Notes under the pieces: model-generated
What the model was told of the DNA's origin: nothing
The model's database searches: none
The model's input: the letters and a program-made list of their open reading frames with translations, nothing else
Shown here: positions 36,056-49,699 of the stretch, one piece after another
Layout of the letters: every line of letters begins with the position of its first letter
Position numbering within the stretch: position 1 is the stretch's first letter
Position numbers and translations under genes: made by a program
Assembly (NCBI RefSeq): GCF_006345805.1
Contig: NC_043013.1
Location: 22,444,001 to 22,508,000, forward strand
DNA length: 64,000 nt
Source of the DNA: Octopus sinensis
Lineage: Eukaryota
Direction: 5' to 3'

Positions 36056-36854
36056 ATTGAGTGAGAGAGCAGTTCATGCTATCAAAGTGACACTGGGGTA
36101 AATTATACGAAGCCCAATATACCCATCATGACTACCCGTCTGATAAAGGTACACCAGGCACATGCATCACAACCATATGTGCGCGACATGGTGATCTCAT
36201 ATCAAGATAAACAGCACATGACCTTGCAGGAGGGGTCCAGTTAGAATTTTCTTCAGGTTGATTAGCCCATCCCGCTCAAAAGGTCTATTATCATTATTGA
36301 GTGAGAAAGCAGTGCATGCCATCAAAGTGACACTGGGGTAAAATATACGAATCCCAATATACCCATCATGACTACCCGTCTGATAAGGGTACACCAGGCA
36401 CATGCATCACAACCATATGTGCGCGACATTGTGATCTCATATCAAAATAAACAGCACATGACCTTGCAGGTGGGGCCCAGTTAGAATTTTCTTCAGGTCG
36501 AGTAACCCATCCCACTCGAAAGGTCCCTGAATAAGGGTTGTTTAAGGATGTTGAACGAAACATCCATGTTTCCAGAGGTGAATTATTCAAATCCCAAAGA
36601 ATCCCTCTCAACACATGGCTATGATGCTCCCCCACTACTTCTGCTCGTGATCAGAGATGCACATATCGTCAGCCAATAAGGGACATGCTCAACTGGTTAA
36701 AGTCAAACAACTGACAAGCAAATCTGTGGTATTGAGCAGAATATTTGCTGTAGCCCATCTTTTATACCAAGACAAAACAATGTACATGATAACACTTCCA
36801 ATCAGTTAAGATCAGAAGCCATGAGAGCCACTGCCTGGTACTGCATCAGGGCAT

Positions 36855-36855
<1 letters not shown>
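36056..36855 (-). mobile_element. (TAA)n-associated retro-element 3' end / SINE, partial tandem duplication
   Basis: 36056-36285 is repeated at 36295-36520; flanked by (TTA)n; another copy at 45895-46425, also inside (TTA)n. Confidence 0.75.
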
Positions 36856-37026
<171 letters not shown>

Positions 37027-37913
37027 CCAGCATTCAGAGTTATGATTGTGAGGATTTTGTTGTTGCTGATCTTGAGATCTTGATTAAGTCCATTGTTTAA
37101 GTCCATTGCTCTGCCACCTGCCCCTTTTAACACTCTGGCGACTGTATCAAGAGCCCAACCAATATTTAGAGATCCTGGAATTTCTATGTTCCAGGACGTG
37201 CTTAGACAATCACTCACTGCATTTTACAGAAATGAATATCTACCATTCCAACTGTGCCAGTCGGTACAATTGTCACATTCCTTAACCGTATTATATGATT
37301 AATTTAATTAGGTCGATGTAATTCTGTAAATTTTCGGCTCGCTTCGGCACAACGTTACAGTCATTTTCTATTACTATGTTGATAATTCAGTTACCATGGT
37401 GATAATCTAGTAACTATGATGGTAATACCACTCTATTTTTCTTTTTCAGAAATGGAAAATTATATCCGGCTTCTCTCGTGATATCTAATGATATTTATGT
37501 TGAATAAAGCTCCATATTATTTTAGCATTATCGTTTTCTGAGACAGTTGGAACTGGGTGGTTAGGCGAATCCGAGCTTCTGTGCGCCTGATTATGTTGCG
37601 TTGGAGCTAGAGGAGGACATCCTGACACAATATGGTATCTTCTGGTGCACAGAAAATAGACAACATCAAGATTGTAGCAGTTGTGTATATTCATTTGAAT
37701 AAATCTAACCCGATGACTTGCTCCGATGCATCAGTATCTTGGTTTCTGTTGTTTTATCCAGATCAGATTTATTGATCCATTCCAGATTTGTTTATCCATG
37801 TTAAATTTGTTTATCCAATCCAGATATATTTGTTCACAGAGGCCAGATTTGTTCATCCAAGCCAGAGATGTTTTGTTTTTAATTGTAGATGGGGCATACA
37901 GTTAACTGAAATA

Positions 37914-38425
37914 TCTATATATATAAAACTGTAGTTGTGTGAGTGTCTGTCCCCTTCGATTTAGATTCCTAACTACTCCCACATTTTGCGGTGCAGTTTA
38001 ACCAAATTCGGGTATCTTATAGGCGTGATTCATATCGAGCCCGTCTGAGTATTAGCGCGCGTCTACGATGAGTCTACGATTTTAAAATAATTTAACATCA
38101 TTTTTTATTCCATTTTAATGCATAATTTTTCGTGTGTCGATGGCGGCGGAGTTGGCGTCCATGGTCACACCTGCACCTGTTTGCTTCTCCCCCTTCTTCC
38201 CTCCCTCGTGAAGCTGTGGGGAAGGGAGTATAAGGAAATCAACGCCGTAAAGCGTTGTCAAGGAGACCAGCGTTCTTTTAGAACAACGACTTCATGGCTT
38301 GAAGACACCAAAACAGAAATGGCTAAGAAAGCCCGAATTGGCATCTATAAGGGAAGTAACTCTCTAAAAATGCTTATATAGTTATTTTCCTTACAAACCC
38401 GAGCAACGCCGGGCGATACTGCTAG
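37914..38425 (+). mobile_element. Non-autonomous Helitron (same family as 35122)
   Basis: A|TC...cccgagcaacgccggg...CTAG|T; shared 5' and 3' blocks with a different internal segment. Confidence 0.9.
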
Positions 38426-38829
38426 TTAATTATATAAAGATATACTTTTACGGCGATTCACTCATTTCAATCTATACACCATCAATATGCTTGTTTTTGC
38501 GACAGCTTTCGGTTTAAACGTTATCTCTTCGAAGTCTCATCCAATTATTACTTTTGATGCTGCAGATATATTCAGTTTGTCAATTTTTAAGGATCATAGT
38601 TAACAAAGACCTACAGCAGGCCTTTCCGTGAGTGGAAAAGCAGTGACCAACATAAAAGTTGACTTCTCCAATGCACTTTGATAACATTGGTCTACAAGGC
38701 TTTTAGTGTTTAGGAAATGGACATCATTTCTATAAAAAAAAATCGGTCTCCTGAATCCAAATATGGACCTTCTTTTTGACCCATCAGATCTAGTTTATAA
38801 GTTATTGAACATCCCTATAGTCACTGTGT

Positions 38830-39028
38830 ATGTAATTTCTACTCTTCTCCTCTGGAAGCCATCTACTTGCAATACCAGAGGGCGCACACTCTCCTACCCT
38901 GATGTAATCTCCAGGGATACAGGCATCCAGCAACAGGACCTCCGTAATGCCATGATGGACCGTGAAGTCTGGCGTAGCATGGTAAATTCCATTGTCTCGA
39001 CCACGGTCGAACAATGATGATGATGATG
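38830..39028 (+). mobile_element. 3' end of a second RTE-group LINE
   Basis: LLLWKP...RGRTLSYPDVISRDTG...AMMDREVWR then stop and (GAT)n. Confidence 0.75.
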
Positions 39029-39164
39029 TATGTGTGTATGTCCAGTACGTTAGTGTTCGTTACATTATTCTAATTCTAAGTTGTTTTTTTTTTCTTTTTC
39101 CATACTTTTTAGATTTTGTGGTGAACGAAGCAATAGAAAATGAGCAAGCTGTCCGCTTCAAGAA

Positions 39165-40058
39165 AGTGTTGCGTTAATTCTCCAAATATGCTTTGTTATG
39201 TTTGTGGAGAATACACATAACCAAGCTGGGAGACCAAGATAAATATTGAGTACCGTATTGTGTCTGCAAACAATGTACGGAACATTTGCAACAATGGACG
39301 AAAAGGACAAGGAAAAGTATGAAGTTTGCTATACCAATGGTATGGCGGGAGCCCTATAATCACGTGGACGACTGTTATTTTTGTAACCTAAATTTGAAGG
39401 GTATTAACCGGAAAAATTGACTAACGCTTGTCTATCCTAATCTTGCCTCTGCTATTAGACCTGTTCCACTCAGTGAAGAGCTTCCTGTTCCTGCCTTCAA
39501 TGTCTTGCCTCAGATAACTTTACCCCCAACCAAAGAAGGTTCCTCGCCTGAGACTTTACCTCAGCTATTCTCCCAGGTAGAGCTGAATGATCTAGTTCGT
39601 GACTTGAACCACCCCAGAAATTCTACAGAACTGTTGGCTTCTTGACTGAAAGAGAAGAATCTTCTAGAGAATGGTGTCCGTATAACCTTTTATCGGAGTC
39701 GGCGTGAAGAGTTCCTTTCTTTCTTCACAAAAGAGGAAGAGCTGGTTTACTGTAGAGATGTCAGTGGGTTTCTTAATAAACTTGGCATTGAGGAATGCAA
39801 ACCAGAGGAATGGCGTCTTTTCATAGGCAGCTCTAAGCGTAATTTAAAATGTGTACTGTTGCGCAACGGAAATGTCTGTGGCTCTGTCATAGCGGAAATC
39901 CACAGCACGAGCAAAACAAATCGTCCCATCTTTAAGGTAATTCAGTTAATAAAACCAGTTTACATATTTCTTTTGCATTCTCTATTTTATAGTTGTCATT
40001 TTCCTTACAACTTCACCTTTTCTGTTTTAAAACCCATAAAAAATTATTTTTGAGAGTG
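39165..40058 (+). mobile_element. Decayed Chapaev(3)-like DNA transposase fragment
   Basis: Frameshifted LCYVCGE..CKQC, FAIPMVWREPYNHVDDCYFC, SAIRPVP, ELNDLVRDL and WRLFIGSSKRNLKCVLLRNGN; ends ...gagagtg. Superfamily assignment is from recalled motifs. Confidence 0.65.
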
Positions 40059-40063
40059 TAGCG

Positions 40064-40132
<69 letters not shown>

Positions 40133-40136
<4 letters not shown>

Positions 40137-40877
40137 ATATATACATAAGTACGGACGTAGTAGATAACAGCTAGCCTTCGGCTGCCCTTTTGGACCCTGT
40201 TGTGTCCACTACTCTGATTGGTTGGTATTGGCGCACTTTTGTCTCTTGCCCTGTTACTCGCCAATATGCAATTCAACCAATCACAGCCTTATCTTAGTTT
40301 GCGCCGACTGTTTACTATAGAATGCTAGCTTCAACACCGTCTTTCGTCTTTCGGTTCCAGACCTTCTAAGGTCTAACCACTGACCACACAGGTCACAGCC
40401 AGTTCCAGCGACAACAGAACAGCAGCTACATGGAGACTCAGCTTCGTCCAGCAGCATTCAGGACCTCCATCTGCGTCGCCTTCCTCTTAACGTCGTCAAC
40501 ATCTCCCTACGTACACTGCAACCAGCAACCCTTGCACAGGTTCTATCTCCTCACTGTTTGTGAAATACTTCACCATGGCTAACAGCAAATACAATCTGGG
40601 AGAACTCCTGTACCAAGTAACCGACTCTGCATTGTAGCCACCACTTCCACGTGCCTCAACTGGCTCTGCATTGTAGTCACAACTTATTGTTATAGCACTT
40701 CAACTATCGTGTACCTTTACAACGAACTGGTATTTATCATTGTGTCTGAACGTCCTATTATAGACTCTTTCAATACTCTGTATTTTATGCACGCACATAT
40801 ACATTATGTATACATGACGGCCTGTCTATTGTTATTATTATATATGTATTTATGACGCAGACACACACATGTTAACA
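40133..40877 (+). mobile_element. Possible solo LTR
   Basis: TGTTA...TAACA ends, CCAAT boxes and a TATA-like ctatagaa; no TSD found. Confidence 0.35.
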
Positions 40878-40944
40878 CATAAATAAAAAATCTTTCTCTT
40901 AAACATTCTACTGGCTGTGTCTCTCTTTTCCTTCTGGCATTTAA

Positions 40945-40950
40945 ATAATA

Positions 40951-41005
<55 letters not shown>

Positions 41006-42078
41006 TGTGTACAGTGCTCAGGTGCACTACAACTCATCTAAAGTGTATATATAATCAGGTGTAGTTTCGGCGGATTTCGGACAGCATGAGGGCCTTAAAG
41101 GATGCAGTGTCATGGCAGTCAACAACTGACGCAGGCAGTTTATTCCACGCTTCAGCAACCCTGAGCGTGAAAAAATGTTTCCGAAAGTCATGGGAGCTGT
41201 GCTGTTTTCTGACTTTGTAGGCATGTCCACGTGTGTTAGACACATGGAGATCAAAAAGGTGTTCAGTGTTGTTGTTGGTGAGGTGGTTGATAACCTTGTG
41301 GGTGTTTACCAAGTCCGTCGCCAGACGCCGGAGCTTCAGTGAATCCATGCCCAGGGAAACAAGGCGCTCAGAATATGGTAGGTGTCTGATGGAGGGTATG
41401 CGTTTGGTTGCACGTCTCTGGACAGATTCCAGGAGGTCAATGTTCTGAGCAAGATAGGGATTCCAAACTGATGATGCGAATTCTAAGTGTGGTCGTACCA
41501 TAGCTGTATACAGTTTTAAATAGATGGCTGGAGAGCGGCTAACAAAAGTCTTGCTGAGTGATGCCAAGACACCCTCGGCCTTCTTGACAATTTTAGAGAT
41601 ATGCTTTGTCCAACGCAAATCACTGCTGACAGTGATGCCTAGGTCACGCTCGCAAGAGGATTTCTTGATATCAGTGTTGTGGAGGGAGTATGTCGACGCA
41701 GGGTTTTTTCTCCCAAAATGCATGGTGGTACACTTGTCCACAGCCAGTTTCAGTTGCCAGTCTGTGATCCATTGCTGCATTGTGTCTAGGTCTGATTGCA
41801 GGAAAGAGTTGTAGACATCAGGATCATTCCTCTTGATTTCAAGGTACAGCTTGATGTCGTCTGCATATTTCAATACTGTGGCATTCTTTAAATTGGCATC
41901 TATGTCATTAATGTATGCCACAAACAGGAGGGGACCAAGGACAGATCCCTGTGGTACACCCGATGACATCTCATATGGTGTAGAGTGCTGTCCTAGAACT
42001 GTGACTACCTCCTTTCGGCTGAGGATGAAGGATTTCAACCAGTTAAAAAGGTCATCCCCCACACCCATTGCAGAGAGT
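40945..42078 (-). mobile_element. 5'-truncated CR1-clade LINE with (TAT)n tail
   Basis: Uninterrupted 337-aa frame 41055-42068 with SGVPQGSVLGP, KYADDIK, RDLG, HLEFASSVWNP, NTRGH and AWNKLP; short 3'UTR then (TAT)n. Confidence 0.93.
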
Positions 42079-42437
42079 ACTCATTTGTACTCATTTATAC
42101 TTTTCGCATTTATTGTATCGACCGTGTAATGTACTAAAGGAGCCATTCTCGTCACCTCTCCTTCGCACGGTCGTTCTGCAAGTGGTTTTGTGGGGCTGGA
42201 ACGATTAATTATATTTTAGTTAATTTCAACGGGGAAAATTAATTTGTAAAACTAGTAAATCGTTAGACAAGCTCAGTCATGGAACGAACTAAACTCTTAC
42301 CGCGAGATATCACTGTATATTTATTTACTAAATCAATGCAAGACTTCGAAGCAAGCAACGAGACTCATTGATGCATTATCACAGAATATCGTTGCCGACA
42401 GAGAGGTTCTGGAATCTCCATGGGTACTACTCTTACA

Positions 42438-42438
42438 C

Positions 42439-42500
<62 letters not shown>

Positions 42501-42519
42501 ATCTATCTATATCTATCTA

Positions 42520-42558
<39 letters not shown>

Positions 42559-42567
42559 ATCTATCTA

Positions 42568-42608
<41 letters not shown>

Positions 42609-42660
42609 GTCTATCTGTCTGTCTGTCAGTCAGTCTGTCTGTCTGTCTGTCTGTCTGTCT
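42438..42660. repeat. (TCTA)n/(TCTG)n microsatellite
   Basis: Read directly from the sequence. Confidence 0.95.
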
Positions 42661-44291
42661 GTTGTGTATGGATTAAACCGTCACCCCACTTGTTTCGAGC
42701 ATGAGAGGTGGAGGGGATCATTGATGCAACAGGGGAGAATATATTGTTTCCTGTTTTATTTACTCTCAAGACTTGGAGACAGAATTTCTACTTCTCTCTT
42801 TTTTATTTTCTTCTTCCTCCTAGCCCTCTTTCTCCTCCTCCTTCTCCTCGTCTTCTTCTTCTTCCTCCCTCTCCCCCTCCTTCTTCCTTCTCCCTTCTCA
42901 TTCTCTCTCCCCTTCTCCGTCTCTCCTTTCGCAACACTTAGAAATCTAGGACTGGCACCGACAGCTGTTATCCGAATGATATTAGTCGAGGATTGAAAAC
43001 AAGCAGGAAACTGGCATCGTTTTTGCCGATGTCCTGAGTGGTTGGCAGAGGTCGGTGGCAGCGGCGGTGGCGCCGGGGGGGGGGGGGGGAGAGGATAATA
43101 ATAATAATAATAATAATTATAATGGTAATGATGGTGATTGTGCTGAATAGTAATTGCGGCTTGCAGTGGTCGTAATAATTGTAATGAAGGAGATATCAGT
43201 GACAATAATTAGTGTTGTTGTTGTAATAGTAGTAGTAGTTATGGTGGTAATTGTAATGAAAATGGTATTAGTGATGACGTGAGAGTGTTGTCGATTGATG
43301 TGTGAGTGTGTGTGTGCAGAATACTCCACGTTGTCCAGGCTGAGAAGCAGCTCTAAATGTCCCAGAATTGTTCTTCATGAAAGTCTATATTAAATATATT
43401 TGGTTTCTTGGAACGACTCTTCGGTTTCTCTTGGAGTTGTCTTGCATGTAAGAAACCGAGGCTGACTTCTAATCTGTTCATAGCAGGGCAAGGCCTCGTC
43501 TGTTTGGACTGCCGGTGTTACACATTGTCGTTGTCATCATTAAATGTCATACACTTTTGGCAGCATGCTGACGAACCGGCAACAAAAGTTCTACCATCAG
43601 ATGAAGCCATAGCATTTCCTTGTTCTGACTTTCTAAGCATTTTATTGGCAGAGATATTGGTGTGGTTTGCCATTGCCCTTCCCCCAAATGGATGGCTGTG
43701 GGCTCACGAAGAGCTTGTCCACCTTTTGACAGGTCTTCCTTTTAGCCCCTCTGGATGTCCAAGGAACCCTCCTCACAAAAGTAACAAGCAACTCGAGTGG
43801 GGCGAGATGGGGGTGGGGAGCTGGTTTAGTCACTGACCACTCGACCATGGAACAGGCATACTGGTTCACATGATACCAATAACAGGTACCATCTACCTGT
43901 GATGAGGTCCCTCACCTCCCCATTAGTGTTATGCTCTCAATATTAACAATATATTAAGGCGGCAAGTTGACCGAAACGTTAGCATGCCAGGAGAAATGCT
44001 TAGCAGTATTTCGTCTGTCTTTACATTCTGATTTCAAATTCCACCAAGGTAGACTTTGCCTTTCATCCTTTCAGGGTTAATAAATTAATTACCAGTTTTT
44101 ACTGAGATCAATCTAATCGACTGCCCCCCACCACTCTCTCAAAATTTCAAGCCTTGTGCCTAGAGTAGAAAAGATTATTAACAATATATTTTGTATATTT
44201 AATTGTAAACATGACATATATCTTATTCAAATGTAAATAAATGTGAAAACAGTTTTATTTATTTGTTATTGTCTGTTATTTTTGACAACCG

Positions 44292-46887
44292 TTAATGCTT
44301 AAAAAGCATTTTGCAAATTTTGTAGGACATCAAAGTGTCAGGAAGTGAACCACTTATAGTAATAAAATCATTCTTAAAATTGGGTGGAGTGGAATTGATG
44401 AGGCCAGATAAAACCTATTCATTGGACGTTTAAGATATGCAATGACAGAAATGATATTAAGAGTTGCAGTGAGTTCCATCTTGTATGATATTAGATCTGT
44501 ACATATTGTAGCCTTGAAAATATGGAACATTGCCATGTCAGCTTCTCAGGAAATTCTAAGTTCCTGGTTTTACTAAGAGGAGCATACAGAGGTCGTCTTA
44601 AGCATCCTGCATGAAATTAACCATTAGCAAAACCATATTCACCCTGATGCAATTAACAGTAATTAACAGTTAATGTTTGCTTTTGGGATTTACTGACTGA
44701 CTTTGCAAAGCCTGGGCGCATCTTTTGGTATGATCATAATTCTAGGCATAATGTATCCCCAGATTCAGGGCACCCACGAAGACTAGAGCTCTCAATGATA
44801 TGGAGTAGCAGGAGCATCGAAGCCATTAGCCTTGTGCATTTGTGTCCATTGCTATGGTTGATCTAAATTGAACAGCATCATTATTGGAGATCCTTTATTT
44901 CTGCTGAAGCTTATGTGGAGCTAAAACTATTTCCAGGAATAATAACCAATTTCTTGCTCATCCACAGAAAAATCTATGAATCTGTAGACATGATTAGCAC
45001 CTAAAAGAGTTATCATGTTATAAACAAGTGCAAAATCTGTACACAAGTCAATGGGTTGAATGAAGGTAGAAATTATTCTATGTCCCCTGAAGAGTAGGGG
45101 AAAAAGTGTAGCAGTAATACTTGAGGGAACACCTATATGTCTTTATGTTGAGAGACTTTGGCCAGCAATAGACTGATTAGGAATGGTTTCTTCCAATCCA
45201 TTATAAATATCAAGGAAACAAATTTCAGCTTCTTGTTGTTAAACCAAGTCAAAAATATTAGAAAAGACTTCCTGCTCATCTTTAATGAGTTTCATTTCAT
45301 TTTTTTTTTTGCCATCCATCATTTGTCAACATTATACAAGGCATCCATATTTCGGTTTATTAGATAATTGATTTTAATGCAGTTAGATTGAGGAAGGAAG
45401 GCTGTAGTTTTGAAGTCCTTGACTGTTTATATCTTCTTGGGCTCCTCAATGAGGGCTACATTGTAGATTTTATTTGCATCTATTATTTCTATGTCAGAAA
45501 ACGTCCCTTGAACTTGAGGCTGGAAATCCTCAGCAACGACATCAAAATACTCAAAGCGAAAGTAGAAACAGTTTGATTGGTTTAAAGTATTTTAACAGGG
45601 AAAAGAACCAAACAGAGGGAGAAACTCCTACATTGCATCCCACAAGGCCTTATTCTCTACTGGAGCACCCCCTATTTCCATTCGATATTATCGACAACAC
45701 AGTTCTATATATAACAGATGAGAAATTATGTACATTATTTACATTTGATGGATATTTGTCCTCATCTTGTTTGTTGTTTGCACAATGTTTCAGCTGATAT
45801 ACCCTCCAGCCTTCTTCAGGTATCTTGGGGAAATTTTGAACCTGGGTTCTCATTCTAAGGTTTTTCGATGTTATTATTATTATATATTATTATTATTGAG
45901 TGAGCGAGCAGAGCATGCCATCAAAGTGACCTGGGGTAAAATATACGAAGCCCAGTATACCCATCATGACTACCCGTCTGATAAGGGTACACCAGGCACA
46001 TGCATCACAACCATGTGCGGACATGGTGATCTCATATCAGATAAACAGCACATGACCTTGCAGGTGGAGCCCAGTTAGAATTTTCTCAGATCGAGAAACC
46101 ATCCTGCTCAAAAGGTCCCTGAATAAGGGTTGTTTGAGGACGTTGAACGAAACACCCATGTTTCCAGAGGGAATTATTCAAAACCCAAAGAATCCTTCTC
46201 ACACATGCTATGATGCTCCCCCACTACTTCTGCTCGTGAAGAGATGCACATATCGTCAGCCACTAAGGACATGCTCAACTGGTTAAGGTCAAACAACTGA
46301 CAAGCAAATCTGTGGTATGAACAGAATATTGCTGTAGGCGTCTTTTACCAAGACAAAACAATGTACATGATAACACCTCCAATCAGTTAAGATCAGAGCC
46401 ATGAGAGCCCATGCCTGGTACTGCTATTATTATCATTATTATTATTATATTATTATTATTATTATTATTATTATTCACGTCACTGCCTGGAATCAAACTC
46501 GGAGTCTTGGGATTAGTAGCCCACACTCTTAACCACTACACCATGGGCATATGGCATAGTGGATAAGAGTGCGGGTTACTAACCCCAAGATTCCAAGTTC
46601 AATTCCAGGCAGTGACCTGAATAATAATAAGAACAATAACATCGAAAAATACCTTAGGAATGAGAATCCACGTTCAAAATTTCCTCAAGACACCTGATGA
46701 AGGCTGGAGGGTATATATCAGCTAAAATGTTGTGTTAGCAACAATCAAGGTGAGGACAAATATTCATCAAATGTAAATAATGTAAATAATATCATTGATA
46801 ACATTCAATATAATGAGTCCTTTTTACTTTAATTCTTTCTTTATACTTGTACATTATATAATCCTTAAGCTTAATGTCAGTAGCCAT
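44292..46887 (-). pseudogene. Decayed intronless ~490-codon ORF of unknown family, interrupted by the 45700-46788 insertion
   Basis: Manual translation MATDIKLKDYIMYKYKERIKVKRTHYIEC..(insertion)..MEIGGAPVENKALWDAM*EFLPLFGSFPC*...NCFYFRFEYFDVVAEDFQPQVQG...GSLPDTLMSYKICKMLFKH*; long protein-like frames with scattered stops and a few frameshifts. Confidence 0.5.
45700..46788. mobile_element. Head-to-head inverted pair of tRNA-headed hammerhead elements with a degenerate 15-bp TSD
   Basis: Minus copy 45700-46545 (hammerhead 45781-45823, CUGAAGA); plus copy 46546-46788 (hammerhead 46690-46735); TSD atattatcgacaaca (45685-45699) / atatcattgataaca (46789-46803). Confidence 0.82.
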
Positions 46888-47432
46888 CCCTTAGTTTATG
46901 AAAAACAATACAAAAATCCTTGTATAGAACTGTATGCTACACAGTTCCAGTGATGCAGTGTTTGGCTGTTGTGCTCAAGCTCACATGTCTGAGATAGGAA
47001 GCTTCATGCTAGGAAGAGTGAGCACTGTCATTCACGCAGTGCCGACCCTGGTGTGTTAGTGAAAGGAAATGAGTCTTTTTCACTCTGCATATGTTGTGCT
47101 TAAAAACGTGTTTTATAGTCTTGAATGTGATAAAGTGAAGATTTAGCTTATAATCCTGCTTCCGGCTACAGTGTTGCTGCCAGGATTTGAAAAATAGGGC
47201 AGATCTCCCCACCTTATTTTGTGATTTAGGGTTTTTTTTGAAAAACAAGGGGGAATTCGTGGCAGTGTTCAATGAACAAATTAAACACTACCCAGCAGAG
47301 GCTAAAACGCAAACTGATCAAATTTATATATAAATATTTTTTTTATATGTTTGTTTCCTTTTACACCAAAACAATGGCTAAAAATTTTCTGAAGCAGCAC
47401 CACAACTAATTTTATCTATGAGCCACCACTGT

Positions 47433-47615
47433 ACCGAGAGTGATAAAAATCAAAACATCCAGTCAACGTGATGGTGTTTGGAGTGATCACTAGTGATGAC
47501 GATGTTATGTCCCCATTCATGTTCCCACACGACCTCAGACAAAACACGGAGGCTTACATGAAGTACCTGGAGGAGATAGTGTTGCCCTGGGTCAAGACAG
47601 TAGCTGCTGGGAGGC
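47433..47615 (+). mobile_element. Tc1/mariner transposase fragment
   Basis: VMVFGVITSDDDVMSPFMFP...YMKYLEEIVLPWV. Confidence 0.7.
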
Positions 47616-48098
47616 TCTGGGACGACAATTTATTCACCGCACTCTGTACAGACAGACAGACAGATAGATAGACAGACAGACAGGGTTAAAAGTAACACAT
47701 AAAATAAGTTCAAAACGCTCCGGAACTGTCAAAGACATGCTTCAATTCTCCTTGAATTGAATAACATAAATAAAATGATGATGAATACACCATATATATT
47801 TTATATTATTTTGTGTATATATATATATATAATATATTCTTTTCTACGTTAAGCACAAGGCCCAAAACTGTTGAGGAGGGGTGCCTGTCAATTAGATCGA
47901 CCCCAGTACGCAACTGGTACTTAATTTAATTTTGTATATATATTATAAATCATATCATATTTTATTATATATCATGCATATTTGAGTGTGTGTGTGTGTG
48001 TATGTATGTATTTATGTATGTATGTGTACATATCATCATCATCATCATCATTTGACGTCCGTTTTCCATGTTGGCATGAATTGGATGTATATATGATG

Positions 48099-48149
<51 letters not shown>

Positions 48150-49699
48150 TGTTTTTATTGGCCACATATTATGATAATAATAATTTAAGTAACAGGAAGA
48201 TGGATTTGGCATTAATATTTTTATATATCAGTGGAAATATAGTCGCTAGAACTGGCCGGAGAAAGTTTACAGAATTCCTAGGTACTTCTGTTGGTAACAA
48301 AAGGCCCCTCTGTCAGTGTCAAAGGTTAATCGAACTATGCTTGAGTATGAACTGCAAGACTAACACACAGTGGTGAAGCAGAGGCTTTAAAGGGACATAA
48401 CCTGCATTCCTAGAACAAAATTATCTCCCTTCCCCTGAAAAGTTTTCTTAACCGTTTCTCTTGTAATTTCTCTTTTTTTCTTACATTTCTGCAAAAGGTT
48501 GCCATATTACTCGATCATGAATGATTATCAGATCCGGCAATACGAGCCCATCCACTTGCTGCACTATCCAAGCATGATACTCGAAGTAGTTCACTTACAA
48601 CTCCTGTATCCATTAAATCACAAACACACACACACACACACATCTCCAGATGGCATTCTAACTGACCTCACCGATTTCCTCTTTTCGGCTGGAACCGCCT
48701 AAATACTTTCTGAGGAACCTCTACATTGCCCATGATATCTCTTCTTTTGCACACTCCTGTTATGTTCACAGTAAACTGTCGACAGTCCCCCACCCATTAG
48801 CAAATGCATCATTTCTCGTCCATTTTTGTGACTGTCCCCCAGGCATTCACTTCTCATTCCCTCGTGCATTTCCTCCATCCCTTTGCTCTTTGGGGCAAAG
48901 TTAACTTCAATAACTCTAGCTGGAATCTTTAGCTCTCTCTCTCTCCAGGCCATCTTAGAACTGCTCTTAACCCCACCCTCTCCTTCAAACAAATACTACA
49001 TTTTGGAGTATTTGTCCAGAGGATTTGTATCCTGAGCTGCCATGATTAAAATCAATCTGGTTCTTTGATTTAAAATTTCCCTTATTTCAACCAATTCCAT
49101 GTGTCTTCACCTCTTTCTGTCTCAATATTCTTCTTAAACTAAGGCAGCAAGATGGCAGAAACGTCAGCACACTGGATGAAATGCGTAGCAGTATTTTGTT
49201 TGTCTTTACATTCTAAGTTCAAATTCCGCTGAGGCTGACTTTGCCTTTCATCCTTTCGGGGTCAATAAATTAAGTACCAGTTGCGTACTGGAGTCGATCT
49301 AATCAACTGATTTTTGCCAAAATATACAAACGCACTATATACTCATTATTTACAATATTTACATTTGACGTCAAATGTAAATAATGTAAATAATGTACAT
49401 AATTCCTCATCTCTTAAATATAGAACTGCAGATTTTCTCATTTTGAGATCAGCTTGCTGCGCGTTTGGTCAGGCGTCAAAAGATATAGCACCCACTGAAC
49501 AGAAGCCTCCATCATGCCAAGTTCATTGTGCAGAATATTCTCAAGTCTCTCACAGAATATGCCACTAGCAACGACTATTTGATTTATAGCCAATCACCTG
49601 TTATCCATCACCATGTGATGAACACAACTGATGTTTTCCTTGATGGTGGCAGTTGCAGGACATCAGGAGTCTGGGTCATCTCCAAGACTCCTCTGTCAC

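Noticed and set aside
37740-37870. Degenerate ccagatttgtttatc repeats
   Set aside because: An irregular short minisatellite with no further structure.
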